This document shows, one piece after another, positions 1-8,968 of a DNA stretch of 64,000 nt; position 1 is the stretch's first letter; every line of letters starts with the position of its first letter. The DNA is taken from assembly GCA_965231015.1 (NCBI GenBank), contig OZ246408.1, forward strand, positions 793,908 through 857,907, given 5' to 3'. A program made the translations under genes and the position numbers. The DNA is from an uncultured Gammaproteobacteria bacterium. Lineage in GTDB: Bacteria > Patescibacteriota > Patescibacteriia > UBA9934 > CAZDDW01. The notes beneath the pieces are model-generated. The model was not told where the DNA came from. It saw only the letters and a program-made list of their open reading frames with translations, and searched no databases.

Positions 1-146
1 TTGTTTTTGTTAGACTTGGCTTCATTAAAAATATTATACCATATTGCTATAAGATGCTGTGTAAAAAAATATCGAATTAAACACAGCTGATATTTTAGTA
101 TTGAACGATAAAAAACCATATATTGACCTTGCCTTTTATTAAAGCA

Positions 147-178
147 CTTGCTCACCATAGCTCGCAAAGCGACGGTGA
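147..178 (-). repeat. REP-like short palindromic element, copy a
   Basis: Minus strand TCACC-GTCGCT-ttgcg-AGCTAT-GGTGA-GCAAG; same layout as copies at 2913, 10047, 52226 and 52422. Confidence 0.65.
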
Positions 179-190
179 AAATAGGAAATC

Positions 191-346
191 GGACTGGACC
201 GACTGGTTGAAGAGGGGAAGGTGTCCCGAGACGACCTTTGCAAAACGAATCCGACCATACTTGTGGCCGGAGGCTCGCTGATTGCCTCCTCGCGGACATT
301 GGTCTTGAACCGGAAAGAGTTCGATAAAGGAGTGTCCTCCTTTTTT
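191..346 (+). ncRNA. candidate structured RNA of unknown family ending in an intrinsic terminator
   Basis: GC-rich island in AT-rich intergenic DNA with several stems (GGAGGC/GCCTCC 269-289; AAGGT-GTC/GAC-ACCTT) and no credible ORF. Confidence 0.35.
326..346 (+). terminator. intrinsic terminator
   Basis: AAAGGAG-tgtc-CTCCTTT followed by a T run. Confidence 0.6.
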
Positions 347-609
347 GAAGTAATTAACGTATGGCTTCAAATCTCCGGACTATTTTTTGCCTGCTTAAAG
401 ATTAAGACTGTCTGTCCTCCTCTAACGAAAGCGGACAAAAAAGATCCTAAAACCCTTCCCCCCCACCCCCTTTCTTAATTAAAAAATAGAAACCATTATC
501 TCGGTTTTTAATTTTTGGCTCAAGGTCGCAGATGATGTTAAAACTATTATTTAAACCAAATAAAAACATATCAATGTACTTTTAATTTAACCGGGTACAC
601 TTGATTGAT

Positions 610-2535
610 TTATAATGCCAGTGTCGCTAACGCGCCCTCTGCCATTGCCTCAGTCACACGGCGGGGATTTACAGCATCGCCAACGATCGTTATTCGTTTG
701 ACTGATTTCTTCAATTCTTTAGCCAAACCATCATTGGGTTGAGACCCCAAACAGAGGACAACCGTTGTGGCCGGTATGGTTTTTATCCCTTGAGTATTTT
801 CAATGGAAACCGTGTCTGAACCAATTTCCATTACTTTTGTATACAATAGCATTTTGACGTTCTTTTTTTGCAAGCGTCCTAACAAAAGCGTTCTATCATC
901 CACGGGAGCATCTAGCGCAATTTCGCCCGAGGCCTCGACAATGGTGACTGGCAACCCCTTGTCAGCAAGGTATTCCGCCGTTTGAGCGCCGGCACAACCC
1001 CCTCCCGCAACCACAACTTTTCCTTTTGCTTTTGCTTTTTTTTCCAAAAGGTCTCTGGCAATTAAAACATGTTTTCTATCTACCCCGGGGATATCAGGCC
1101 GCACCGCAGAGGAACCGGTCGCGATGATAATGGCGTCCGGTTTTATTTTTTTCAAAGTTGATGATGAAAACATGGTTTTCAGCTTCACATTCACCCCCAA
1201 GCTTTTAACATCTCGCACCAATGTTTTCCGCAATTCCTGCCAACCCTCGCGATGTGGGGCGGCGGAGGCGGCGAACAATTGTCCACCAAGACGCGCTGAT
1301 TTTTCATACAAGGTGACTTTATGACCACGCTTTGCCGCAGTACGCGCCGCTTCTAGACCGGCGGGTCCTCCACCAACGACCACGACATTTCTTTTTTTCT
1401 TTGCCGGCTTTAAAAATTGTTGTTCTCTGCTCGTTTCCGGATTAACCGTGCACCAAACATCTTGTTGTGCGAATAATCGAGAGATACAACCTTGATTGCA
1501 AGTAATGCACGGGTTAATTTTGCCTTCCTTTCCGGATAGAACCTTGTTTGGCCAGTCCGGATCAGCCAGCAACGTTCGTCCCAAAGCCACGAAATCAGCT
1601 TGACCGTTCTTCAAGATGCTTTCCGCCATTTTTGGCGTTCGGATTTTCCCAACGGCGATAAGAGGAAGCTTGCTTGCTTTTTTCACTTGAGCCGCCAAAT
1701 CTAGCAATACGCCATCCTTGACAGCCATCGGAGGAATCATTTTTCCCTGCGCGTAGGAGGCATAATTACCGGCTGAAATATGCACGGCGTCAATACCCAA
1801 TCTCTCTAACTCTTTTACAATACGAATAGTGTCTTTAACTTTGAGGCCACCGGGGACGAACTCGTCCGCTGATAAACGAATTGTCATGATAAACTCATCT
1901 CCAACTTCTTTGCGGACAGCCTGAATCACTTCTTTCGCAAACCTAAAACGATTTTCAAAGGATCCTCCGTACTTATCGGTTCTTTTATTTGAAAAAGGAG
2001 AAAGAAATTGTGTAATGAGATAACCGTGGGCACCGTGCAGTTCCACAAAATCACAGCCGGCTTTTTTCGCGCGACCGGCCGCCGCGGCATATTGAGCCAC
2101 TATTTTTTTTATCTCTGCTTGAGTAAGTGCGTGAGGAACTTCATTTATCGTAGGATCGGGAATAGCCGAAGGAGCCAGGGGTTGCTTGCCGGTCGTTTTT
2201 GAAGATGTTTGCCTGCCGGCATGATAAAGCTGGGGTCCTATCACGGCACCTTCTTTATGGGCGACTTTCACTAACTTTTTTAACCCGGGAATCACGGCAT
2301 CCGAATGAATCCCAAGCTCATTAACGAAGCCTTTTCCCCGCGGATCGATAAAGCTCGCTTCAAGAATAAGCATGCCAGCCCCTCCTTTTGCTATTCGCTC
2401 AATATGAGCAAGATAGCGCGATGTAACCAAACCTTTTTTATCCACGTAGTTTCTTACCATCGGCGGCATGACTAAACGATTTTTTATTTTTAGAGAACCG
2501 ATTGTCACCGGTTCAAAAAGTTTCTTGTATTTCAT
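610..2535 (-). CDS. NADH:flavin oxidoreductase (old yellow enzyme family fused to FAD/NAD-binding domain; 2,4-dienoyl-CoA/enoate reductase-like, Fe-S)
   Basis: ELHGAHGYLI, NKRTDKYGGS, CITCNQGC Fe-S motif, VVGGGPAG Rossmann motif; start moved to ATG of MKYKKLFEP. Confidence 0.9.
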   Translation of the reverse strand: MKYKKLFEPVTIGSLKIKNRLVMPPMVRNYVDKKGLVTSRYLAHIERIAKGGAGMLILEASFIDPRGKGFVNELGIHSDAVIPGLKKLVKVAHKEGAVIGPQLYHAGRQTSSKTTGKQPLAPSAIPDPTINEVPHALTQAEIKKIVAQYAAAAGRAKKAGCDFVELHGAHGYLITQFLSPFSNKRTDKYGGSFENRFRFAKEVIQAVRKEVGDEFIMTIRLSADEFVPGGLKVKDTIRIVKELERLGIDAVHISAGNYASYAQGKMIPPMAVKDGVLLDLAAQVKKASKLPLIAVGKIRTPKMAESILKNGQADFVALGRTLLADPDWPNKVLSGKEGKINPCITCNQGCISRLFAQQDVWCTVNPETSREQQFLKPAKKKRNVVVVGGGPAGLEAARTAAKRGHKVTLYEKSARLGGQLFAASAAPHREGWQELRKTLVRDVKSLGVNVKLKTMFSSSTLKKIKPDAIIIATGSSAVRPDIPGVDRKHVLIARDLLEKKAKAKGKVVVAGGGCAGAQTAEYLADKGLPVTIVEASGEIALDAPVDDRTLLLGRLQKKNVKMLLYTKVMEIGSDTVSIENTQGIKTIPATTVVLCLGSQPNDGLAKELKKSVKRITIVGDAVNPRRVTEAMAEGALATLAL

Positions 2536-2834
2536 ATTTGCTTTAATGGTTGATGAGCAAAAAAACGGTGCCAAATAGCTCTTTTACAAATATTGTCTTG
2601 AAGTAAATACTTTCACTCTCAGTATACCACTTCTTTGTCATTGAAAAAACCTCCCTAATCACTTACCCGAATATATTTTTCTGCAAAGAGAAAAGCGGGG
2701 CATTAACTCTACTTGGCTCCGAACTCTGAACTAAATTCGAACTTTTTTCAGAGAAAATCCAGAATAAAAATGAGGTGCGTTTCCGCTTTTTTCTGATAAA
2801 GAAAAACAGCCGTTAATACGCCGAACATACAATT

Positions 2835-2909
2835 TGGCTCCCCGGGTTGGACTCGAACCAACAACATCCACGTTAACAGCGTGGCGTTCTGCCTTTGAAC
2901 TACCGGGGA
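2835..2909 (-). tRNA. tRNA-Asn(GTT)
   Basis: Cloverleaf TCCCCGG/CCGGGGA, anticodon loop CT-GTT-AA, T-loop TTCGAGT, encoded CCA. Confidence 0.97.
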
Positions 2910-2912
2910 ATG

Positions 2913-2942
2913 CTTGTCCACCAAAGCTTTAGCGACGGTGAA
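2913..2942 (-). repeat. REP-like element, copy b, just 5' of tRNA-Asn
   Basis: TTCACCGTCGCTAAAGCTTTGGTGGACAAG. Confidence 0.75.
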
Positions 2943-3136
2943 AAATAAAACGGCCAGCCCTTTGGCTGGTCGCTTAATCGTTTTTGAATACAACTTAAGC
3001 AATCCAGCCGGGCCGGAAATTAATATTATTTCGATTATTATTGCTGAAAATCATCATATGTGACCTAAATATACACGAATTATACCCTCTTGTCAAATAC
3101 CCAAAACTGTGTTAATATTTCGCCACATGAGGTTGT

Positions 3137-3212
3137 GGACCGGTAGTGAAGCGGTTAACACGTCGCCCTGTCACGGCGAAGATCGCGGGTTCGAATCCCG
3201 TCCGGTCCGCCA
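3137..3212 (+). tRNA. tRNA-Asp(GTC)
   Basis: GGACCGG/CCGGTCC acceptor stem, CT-GTC-AC loop, TTCGAAT, CCA. Confidence 0.97.
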
Positions 3213-3214
3213 TA

Positions 3215-3239
3215 AGACCCCGAGCAAATTCGGGGTTTT
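3215..3239 (+). terminator. terminator after tRNA-Asp
   Basis: AGACCCCGA...TCGGGGTTTT hairpin plus T tract. Confidence 0.8.
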
Positions 3240-3301
3240 ATGATTTGACGAATTTGGCTGATTCTAGCATAATACTTCTAGTTGTTAATAACTCTATTAT
3301 T

Positions 3302-3880
3302 ATGTCAGAAGAAATACAGAAGGTTCCAGAAGAAGCCTTAATGTCTAAACAAGAAGGCACGGAATCAACTCTACCGGAGGACCAAATCGAACGAGGAGGA
3401 GCAAATGATAATGTTCGGAAAATCAGTCCGGAAATGGTAGCCAAGGCTAAACAAGAAGGCTTGGCCGTCGAAAAAGGTAAAACCTCTGATCCCGTTTCCA
3501 AACGAGAAGCACTAAGTGGAGACAAGGACTGGTCCAAAGAAAACGTTGAAATCGGGGCTGATGTTCGGGCGGCGGCCATGGAACTGGCTGCGGAAAGCGA
3601 ATCCTCAGCTGATCTTCGAACCTCAACGATTGATGCCCTGATGAACCAGACAGTAACTTTTGAAGTTAGTGACGGGCTCGGTGCAAAGGGGAAAATACTA
3701 TCTCGTAACGAAGATGGTTCACAGGTAACAATCCGAGTAACCACCAAAAAATCCTGGATGCCGTGGAAAAAAGATGAGATTCAAGACCACACCGTTAGTC
3801 CAGATCAAATCCAGAGCTTTGATGAAATGATGAAACAGAATCAAGCAATTCAAGAAACGGGAACCCAGTCAACCGGCTAA
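3302..3880 (+). CDS. acidic hypothetical protein (192 aa), possible small beta-barrel at C-terminus
   Basis: ORF-track start overlaps tRNA-Asp, so start moved to ATG 3302 (MSEEIQK); followed by a terminator. Confidence 0.75.
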   Translation: MSEEIQKVPEEALMSKQEGTESTLPEDQIERGGANDNVRKISPEMVAKAKQEGLAVEKGKTSDPVSKREALSGDKDWSKENVEIGADVRAAAMELAAESESSADLRTSTIDALMNQTVTFEVSDGLGAKGKILSRNEDGSQVTIRVTTKKSWMPWKKDEIQDHTVSPDQIQSFDEMMKQNQAIQETGTQSTG

Positions 3881-3894
3881 GTTATCATGATAAC

Positions 3895-3923
3895 AAAACC
3901 CCGGGCATGTGCTCGGGGTTTTT
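3895..3923 (+). terminator. intrinsic terminator, possibly bidirectional
   Basis: AAAACCCCGGGCA-tg-TGCTCGGGGTTTT. Confidence 0.8.
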
Positions 3924-3934
3924 GGTTTATTTTT

Positions 3935-4008
3935 TCATTTTCACTTTCGTGCGAATATCCCGATGAGATCAATTTGTTATACCCCTTATTCGTACGAATA
4001 AGGGGTAT
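3935..4008. repeat. junction repeat: module TCATTTTCACTTTCGTGCGAA plus a perfect 30-bp palindrome
   Basis: 3979-4008 ATACCCCTTATTCGT|ACGAATAAGGGGTAT; both modules recur at 9966-10084. Confidence 0.75.
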
Positions 4009-4041
4009 GGAACTCGAGACAAAAAATTGACCGCCGCAAGA

Positions 4042-4419
4042 TCACTCGGATCCGGCAGCGGTATCGGAAGTAGAGAAGGTATCGATTCCCATCTCGGCCA
4101 TGACTTCCTCGACCTTGATGGCCACTTCTTCGGTGAGCGGGGCGTGATCGTCCTTGATACGGCTCATGTGCTCGGGACTGATACCGATCTTGTCGACCAG
4201 ATCTTTATCCGAGCAACCACGGTCCTGTCCCTGCTTGATGAAGGCGAGCACAGTGGTAAAATCGGAAAACATTAGAGTGTGAACAGCAGATAAAACCGAG
4301 AGTGACTCCACTCTCACTTCCCCTTTCACGTACCGCATCATGTCCTCAAGCATCATCATCAACTTGGTTGGATTGGCTTCATCATCAGCGAGCACCAGAC
4401 GCAACTTGAGCTTGCTCAT
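4042..4419 (-). CDS. protein with C-terminal XRE/HigA-like helix-turn-helix
   Basis: DKDLVDKIGISPEHMSRIKDDHAPLTEEVAIKVE resembles the HigA/XRE HTH; ATGA overlap with upstream ORF. Confidence 0.65.
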   Translation of the reverse strand: MSKLKLRLVLADDEANPTKLMMMLEDMMRYVKGEVRVESLSVLSAVHTLMFSDFTTVLAFIKQGQDRGCSDKDLVDKIGISPEHMSRIKDDHAPLTEEVAIKVEEVMAEMGIDTFSTSDTAAGSE

Positions 4420-4613
4420 CGAGCTAATCGTCGCTCTTCTGATTCGAACGCGGCACCCAGATGGACGGGCCGCGAGCCGCCACGACTGCTTAAGCTCATG
4501 ACACCGGGATCATAATAGTTCGAACTCGTACCATTGTCGCCCCAGGTGAACACCCAGTACAGCACCGCGACGATTTCGCAGTAGATCAAGTACGTGATTG
4601 CAAGTGGAATCAT
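4416..4613 (-). CDS. small membrane protein (65 aa, MIPLAITYLIYCEIVAVLYWVF...)
   Basis: N-terminal hydrophobic helix; ATGA overlaps at both ends. Confidence 0.55.
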   Translation of the reverse strand: MIPLAITYLIYCEIVAVLYWVFTWGDNGTSSNYYDPGVMSLSSRGGSRPVHLGAAFESEERRLAR

Positions 4614-4729
4614 GTGACAATCCGAAACTGTGCCCCAGCCAGAGGCAAGGTGATCCACATCATCACACCGGCCGCACCCATGATGGCGGCCACGATAGCG
4701 ATTCGGGTCAAACTTTTGTGTTTGCTCAC
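4610..4729 (-). CDS. 39-aa hydrophobic peptide MSKHKSLTRIAIVAAIMGAAGVMMWITLPLAGAQFRIVT (not in ORF track)
   Basis: GTG start about 7 nt after GAGGAGGA; stop TGA overlaps the next ATG. Confidence 0.55.
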   Translation of the reverse strand: MSKHKSLTRIAIVAAIMGAAGVMMWITLPLAGAQFRIVT

Positions 4730-4796
4730 GGTTCACTCCTCCTCTTGGTCAAAGCCAAGACTCGAGGTTTCCCGATTTTTAACTTCTCGTCAACCC

Positions 4797-6176
4797 CTAG
4801 ATTTCAAGGCTTCCATAATGGATCACGAGATAGACTTTATAATTATTTCCGTTTGGTTCAAAGTACATGCCCGTACCGACGGTGTTCCAATCTTCGTGAT
4901 AAATTGAGCGGTAGTGGGCACCGTTGTAACCCTCTTCGGCGAGCATCCAATCAATGGTTTGATCCATCATATCTTTGACCGATTCGGTGGTTCCGGAAAC
5001 ATAATTCCACGAAATATTCTCGGTAAAGTAATTTTCGTTCCATCCATCGGCTGAATACCGCTCGGTCCAATCATAATCCCACTCTTCGATCCACTCGTGC
5101 ATGCTAGAGCCGTCCGGGCGAGTGTGTGTGGAATATCCAACCTCTTCTCCTTCATAGCCGGCCCAATCCGTGGCCGAGTCAATAAAACGTTGATCAAGCA
5201 CCAGCTCGCGAAGTCCTGCTGCCGTGCGCAAATCATTAATCTCATCCAACCAGTACTCGTTTACTTCCATCAAATCAACTCCACTTGGCACCTCTCCGCG
5301 CTGGTACGAACTAATTGTTAGCTCACTACTCGAGCTCGAGCTGGCCGATGAGGCCGTGGTCGAACTTGTAGTTTCATATTCAATATAAACGTCTTCCATG
5401 TCTCCTTCATCAATGGCTGATAAATCTGCATCTGTAATTCCAAGACTCAGGTAGCGCATGATGCTGTAGGCGGCATCTCCGTCACGCATATAAATGCGGC
5501 GGCAAATATCCGGATCAACATACCAGGCTTCACCATGTTGTTCGACTTGGAGCAAGATCTTTCCTTTGAGCCGATCGGCCAGATCATTGCTCGAACAAAT
5601 ACTAGACGATCTATCCATCTCATCCGTATCATCTACTTCCGGAATATCATCAAGGTCAGCGTCAGTAATCCCAAGCCCAAAGGAACGCATCATTTCATAC
5701 GCAGTTGGGCCGTCTTTCATGTAATAACGTAATTTGTCTTCTGGATTCACGTACCAAGCCTCACCGTTTTGCTCAGTCTGTAGCAAGATGTAGCCAACGG
5801 TGCGATCAGTAATGCTTGAAGTATCATAAAGAGTTGGCACTGGATCTTCTTCCTCTGGTTCATCCACTTCGGTAATAGCAGCGTCGGTAAGACTCATTAA
5901 GGCCGATCCGGTCCAACCCTCTACTCCATTCGGCGTAATCACTCGGTACCAACCATCGGTCTCTCCATTGATCTGCACTACAGTTCCGGCAGCCACAGTT
6001 TCGAGCACAGTTGTCCCGTCAACACACGGGTTATCGCGCACAAAAGCGGCAATATCATAAATGCCGTGCCAATCACGCTCATATATCGGATCCTCATAAC
6101 AGGCAAAAGCTAAAACTTGTTGCCCTATCAACATAGAACCGAGCAACATTATTAAACCGATCATCAATTTGTTCAT
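4797..6176 (-). CDS. secreted protein: SH3b domain + 2x LLQxExxGEAWYV repeat + Ser linker + CAP/SCP domain
   Basis: Signal peptide ending VLA; GWYRVITPNGVEGW (SH3b); duplicated repeat; INDLRTAAGL...H...ENI...HYRSIY...GTG (CAP). Confidence 0.8.
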   Translation of the reverse strand: MNKLMIGLIMLLGSMLIGQQVLAFACYEDPIYERDWHGIYDIAAFVRDNPCVDGTTVLETVAAGTVVQINGETDGWYRVITPNGVEGWTGSALMSLTDAAITEVDEPEEEDPVPTLYDTSSITDRTVGYILLQTEQNGEAWYVNPEDKLRYYMKDGPTAYEMMRSFGLGITDADLDDIPEVDDTDEMDRSSSICSSNDLADRLKGKILLQVEQHGEAWYVDPDICRRIYMRDGDAAYSIMRYLSLGITDADLSAIDEGDMEDVYIEYETTSSTTASSASSSSSSELTISSYQRGEVPSGVDLMEVNEYWLDEINDLRTAAGLRELVLDQRFIDSATDWAGYEGEEVGYSTHTRPDGSSMHEWIEEWDYDWTERYSADGWNENYFTENISWNYVSGTTESVKDMMDQTIDWMLAEEGYNGAHYRSIYHEDWNTVGTGMYFEPNGNNYKVYLVIHYGSLEI

Positions 6177-6204
6177 AAAAAATTTTTTAATTCTTCTTCC
6201 ATAA

Positions 6205-6213
6205 TGCTATAAT
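6205..6213 (+). promoter_or_regulatory. extended -10 promoter, near-leaderless
   Basis: TGcTATAAT 8 nt before ATG 6222, no SD. Confidence 0.6.
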
Positions 6214-6221
6214 TTAACCAC

Positions 6222-6875
6222 ATGAGCAAACCTGGAGGAAAACGGTATAAAAGGACACCGCTCGAGAAAATAAATGGACCTACTCCACAGCTTAAGCCGG
6301 TGGACATTATTTTGGTTCATCATAAACAAAGTTTGTTTCGTTTTTTTCTGCGCATGGTCACGGATTCTTACTGGGATCATGCCGCGCTGGTGATGTACCC
6401 CCGCAGTTCTAAAAACGAAATGCTCTACTCGGTAATTGTTGAGTCAATCCGGCCGGGGTTAGCCGGGCTGGTTGGCTCACGTGGTGTAGCTTTGCACCGA
6501 CTTGATAAATATTTCAACGAACCTCACCGATACGACGTGGGAATTGTCCGGGTTGAAGGTTTATCAAAAGAAGAGCGTGAGGAGGTTCGTTTGTTTATGC
6601 TAACCAATGTTGATGCCCCATACTGGCCGTGGCACTATATTGAAATCCTTCTTGCGGCCATGCTTCCACCTCTACGCTACTGGATTTTGCGTCGACAAAG
6701 ATTTAGCTGTTCTAGCTTGATTCAAAAAGCTTTCTTTGATGCATTGGGTGATAAATACAAATCACGTGTTGTTTTTAAAGAAGGGGTTTGGTCCCCAATT
6801 GAACTAGAAGAGCTGACAAGCCCGGGTGATATTGCTCGCAGTAAAAACATTAAATGGATCTACAATAAACATTAG
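6222..6875 (+). CDS. permuted papain-like NlpC/P60 (YiiX/YaeF, C92-like) protein
   Basis: DIILVH, YWDHAAL (His), VES, PYW, FSCSSL (Cys), SPGDI. Confidence 0.8.
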   Translation: MSKPGGKRYKRTPLEKINGPTPQLKPVDIILVHHKQSLFRFFLRMVTDSYWDHAALVMYPRSSKNEMLYSVIVESIRPGLAGLVGSRGVALHRLDKYFNEPHRYDVGIVRVEGLSKEEREEVRLFMLTNVDAPYWPWHYIEILLAAMLPPLRYWILRRQRFSCSSLIQKAFFDALGDKYKSRVVFKEGVWSPIELEELTSPGDIARSKNIKWIYNKH

Positions 6876-6876
6876 C

Positions 6877-7515
6877 ATGAAACCAGAAACCTTGAAGAAA
6901 AAATGGCCGGTTATTGAAGAACAGTTGGAAACAGCTGACATTTTGTTGTTTCATAAACGAAAGGGTCCAATAACAAAACGGATTCAGGAGGGTACAGGAA
7001 GTTATTGGAATCACATTGCCCTTATCTTTAAACCAAAATCCGAGATGCCAATCGGAGGGCCACTCATTGTTGAAGCAGCCTACAGCGGTATTGAAATTCA
7101 TCAACTAAAAAAATACACTGACCGAACTTTGTTATATGACATTGGAGTGCGTCGTTTTCCAAACTTAACAGAAAAACAAAAACAAGACATTGTCTTGAAT
7201 TTTATTTTAAAAAACTTGGATCAACCGTACGACTACAGTCGATTGGTTGGTCTATTTCTGGCCCCTCTTTTGGTACGTATTTCTCCAAAAATCCTACTCA
7301 AGGCCACGGACTATTTTATTCATGAAAACGCTTTTTTGTGTTCCACCTTTGCCATGAAAGCTTTTCAGCAAATATCAGAAAAACAAAATAAGAGCAAATC
7401 CTTTACCCAACACTTGGGTGTTCAACCCAAGAAAAAACACCGCCAGGAACTTTTTGCACCTGCCGATATTGCTGATTCAGACATGTTTGAGTGGATCTTC
7501 AATGAAAAACATTAA
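6877..7515 (+). CDS. permuted papain-like NlpC/P60 (YiiX/YaeF) protein, paralog
   Basis: DILLFH, YWNHIAL, VEA, PYD, FLCSTF, APADI; start ATG 6877, 1 nt after upstream stop. Confidence 0.8.
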   Translation: MKPETLKKKWPVIEEQLETADILLFHKRKGPITKRIQEGTGSYWNHIALIFKPKSEMPIGGPLIVEAAYSGIEIHQLKKYTDRTLLYDIGVRRFPNLTEKQKQDIVLNFILKNLDQPYDYSRLVGLFLAPLLVRISPKILLKATDYFIHENAFLCSTFAMKAFQQISEKQNKSKSFTQHLGVQPKKKHRQELFAPADIADSDMFEWIFNEKH

Positions 7516-7534
7516 AAAATACTGCGAATAGACT

Positions 7535-8968
7535 CTATAAAGATTCCACCAAGACCGGTGTGGAACTGATTGGAACCGTAATTGGTCCATTTTCATTTTC
7601 TAAAATTTCAACCTCAAACATTATTTCCTCATCCTCAAAACTGGGAACTGTTTTTATGACTCGAACCTCTGCAAGAGACAGGTCAAGCTCATAGTTGTCC
7701 TCAAACGGACTCCAAAGCACGTAACGATCACCGTCCAAAGTCTTGAACCGATAAACCCACACCCCGGTCTTGGCTTCGTAATCCCCCTCCGAAATCACTT
7801 CAACCTCCTCAAACGGAATTAACTTGCTCGTAAGAAGTTGGTATGAATAGTATGACAGCTTTTCAATTCCGGCATAAGAAAGTAAGCCATAATCACGCCA
7901 CATATTGTCCGGGCTTGGCGGAGAGCTCACGTGGGTGTGCCAGGCTACGAGCTCTGCCCCGGCTCCATAAAGAATAACCAACCTGCGCCAGACATCAGCC
8001 GCCTGCTCCTCCGGTGAATTTGGATAACTGGTTCGGACACTTAACGTTGGATCCGAGGTGACCCCGGTTTCCGTAACCCAGATTCGGGGATCAGATTCAT
8101 ATTCTGACACAACCTCGTAAACCTGATTATATTTATGGGGCAAAGTCCACCATGGACCATAATCATGAAAAGAAAAAACATCAAAAGTACCAGGTTCAGT
8201 TTTTTCAAGTGTTATGGCAAGTTCTGACAGGTTGTAATCACTAACCCCACCAAGTCCGGGATAAATTACCTGTCCGTCCGGGTCCTTCTCATGTACAAAA
8301 TCAGCCACAAATTGTAAAAACAAAACTCGATCTTCAGCAGTATAATCACCATCATCCGGCCCAATAATTCCGGAGGTTAATGGATCTTCAGCGTAACGCC
8401 GCCAATGAGCAAGTTCATTACCCGGCTCCCAATATTCAACGTAATCTTTAAACCGAACAACCGTGTTGTTAAGGTAATCAAGATGATCCTCATTACCCGG
8501 CTCCATCCAAACTTCTGACCAAGGAGGGGTAGCCGAGGCATACTGCAGGTTGTGCAAATCTCCCACATTTACCAGGTTTGACTCTGACTCAAAATATTCA
8601 ATGGTTGGATCAAAAAACCACTTATTGTCATTTGGTTCAATCTGGTCCCAATACATTCCGGAACCAACTATTTGTCGTGACAGTTGGGCCCCAAGCCTTT
8701 TAAGATCTGCCAAAACCCAAGCCACTTCTTCAATCTCGTCCGGTATTGCCGGATCCCCGTGTGTTTTAATGAAATTCAGACCGATCTGTGGCGAATGAGC
8801 AGTGGTGTCGCGCAGAGTGATCAACCTGTCAGATGAATACTTTCCAGAGGTCATGACTACTTCATGATTTGAATCACTAAAACCAAAACAACCGGCACCA
8901 AGTAGGCTCAGGCCGGACAAAAGAAAAAACAGACCAATTATTTTTGTGCGAAATGGTTGTAAACCCAT
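7535..8968 (-). CDS. clan GH-A glycoside hydrolase lipoprotein (GH39/GH5-like)
   Basis: LLGAGC lipobox; WEPGNE acid/base and IWVTETG nucleophile motifs; SFHDY. Confidence 0.75.
   Translation of the reverse strand: MGLQPFRTKIIGLFFLLSGLSLLGAGCFGFSDSNHEVVMTSGKYSSDRLITLRDTTAHSPQIGLNFIKTHGDPAIPDEIEEVAWVLADLKRLGAQLSRQIVGSGMYWDQIEPNDNKWFFDPTIEYFESESNLVNVGDLHNLQYASATPPWSEVWMEPGNEDHLDYLNNTVVRFKDYVEYWEPGNELAHWRRYAEDPLTSGIIGPDDGDYTAEDRVLFLQFVADFVHEKDPDGQVIYPGLGGVSDYNLSELAITLEKTEPGTFDVFSFHDYGPWWTLPHKYNQVYEVVSEYESDPRIWVTETGVTSDPTLSVRTSYPNSPEEQAADVWRRLVILYGAGAELVAWHTHVSSPPSPDNMWRDYGLLSYAGIEKLSYYSYQLLTSKLIPFEEVEVISEGDYEAKTGVWVYRFKTLDGDRYVLWSPFEDNYELDLSLAEVRVIKTVPSFEDEEIMFEVEILENENGPITVPISSTPVLVESL

Noticed and set aside
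1-25. Start of a minus-strand gene (MKPSLTKT) after TGGTATAAT
   Set aside because: Plausible, but only 8 codons are visible, so it cannot be called
2748-3002. 84-aa minus ORF, and likewise the 91-aa plus ORF at 52300-52575
   Set aside because: These are translations of tRNA genes
3146-3301. N-terminal extension of the 244-aa ORF
   Set aside because: Overlaps tRNA-Asp and its terminator; ATG 3302 is the plausible start
4614-4736. First 41 codons of the 106-aa ORF (MNREQ...)
   Set aside because: SD spacing fits the alternative GTG at 4729, which gives a coherent hydrophobic peptide with ATGA coupling
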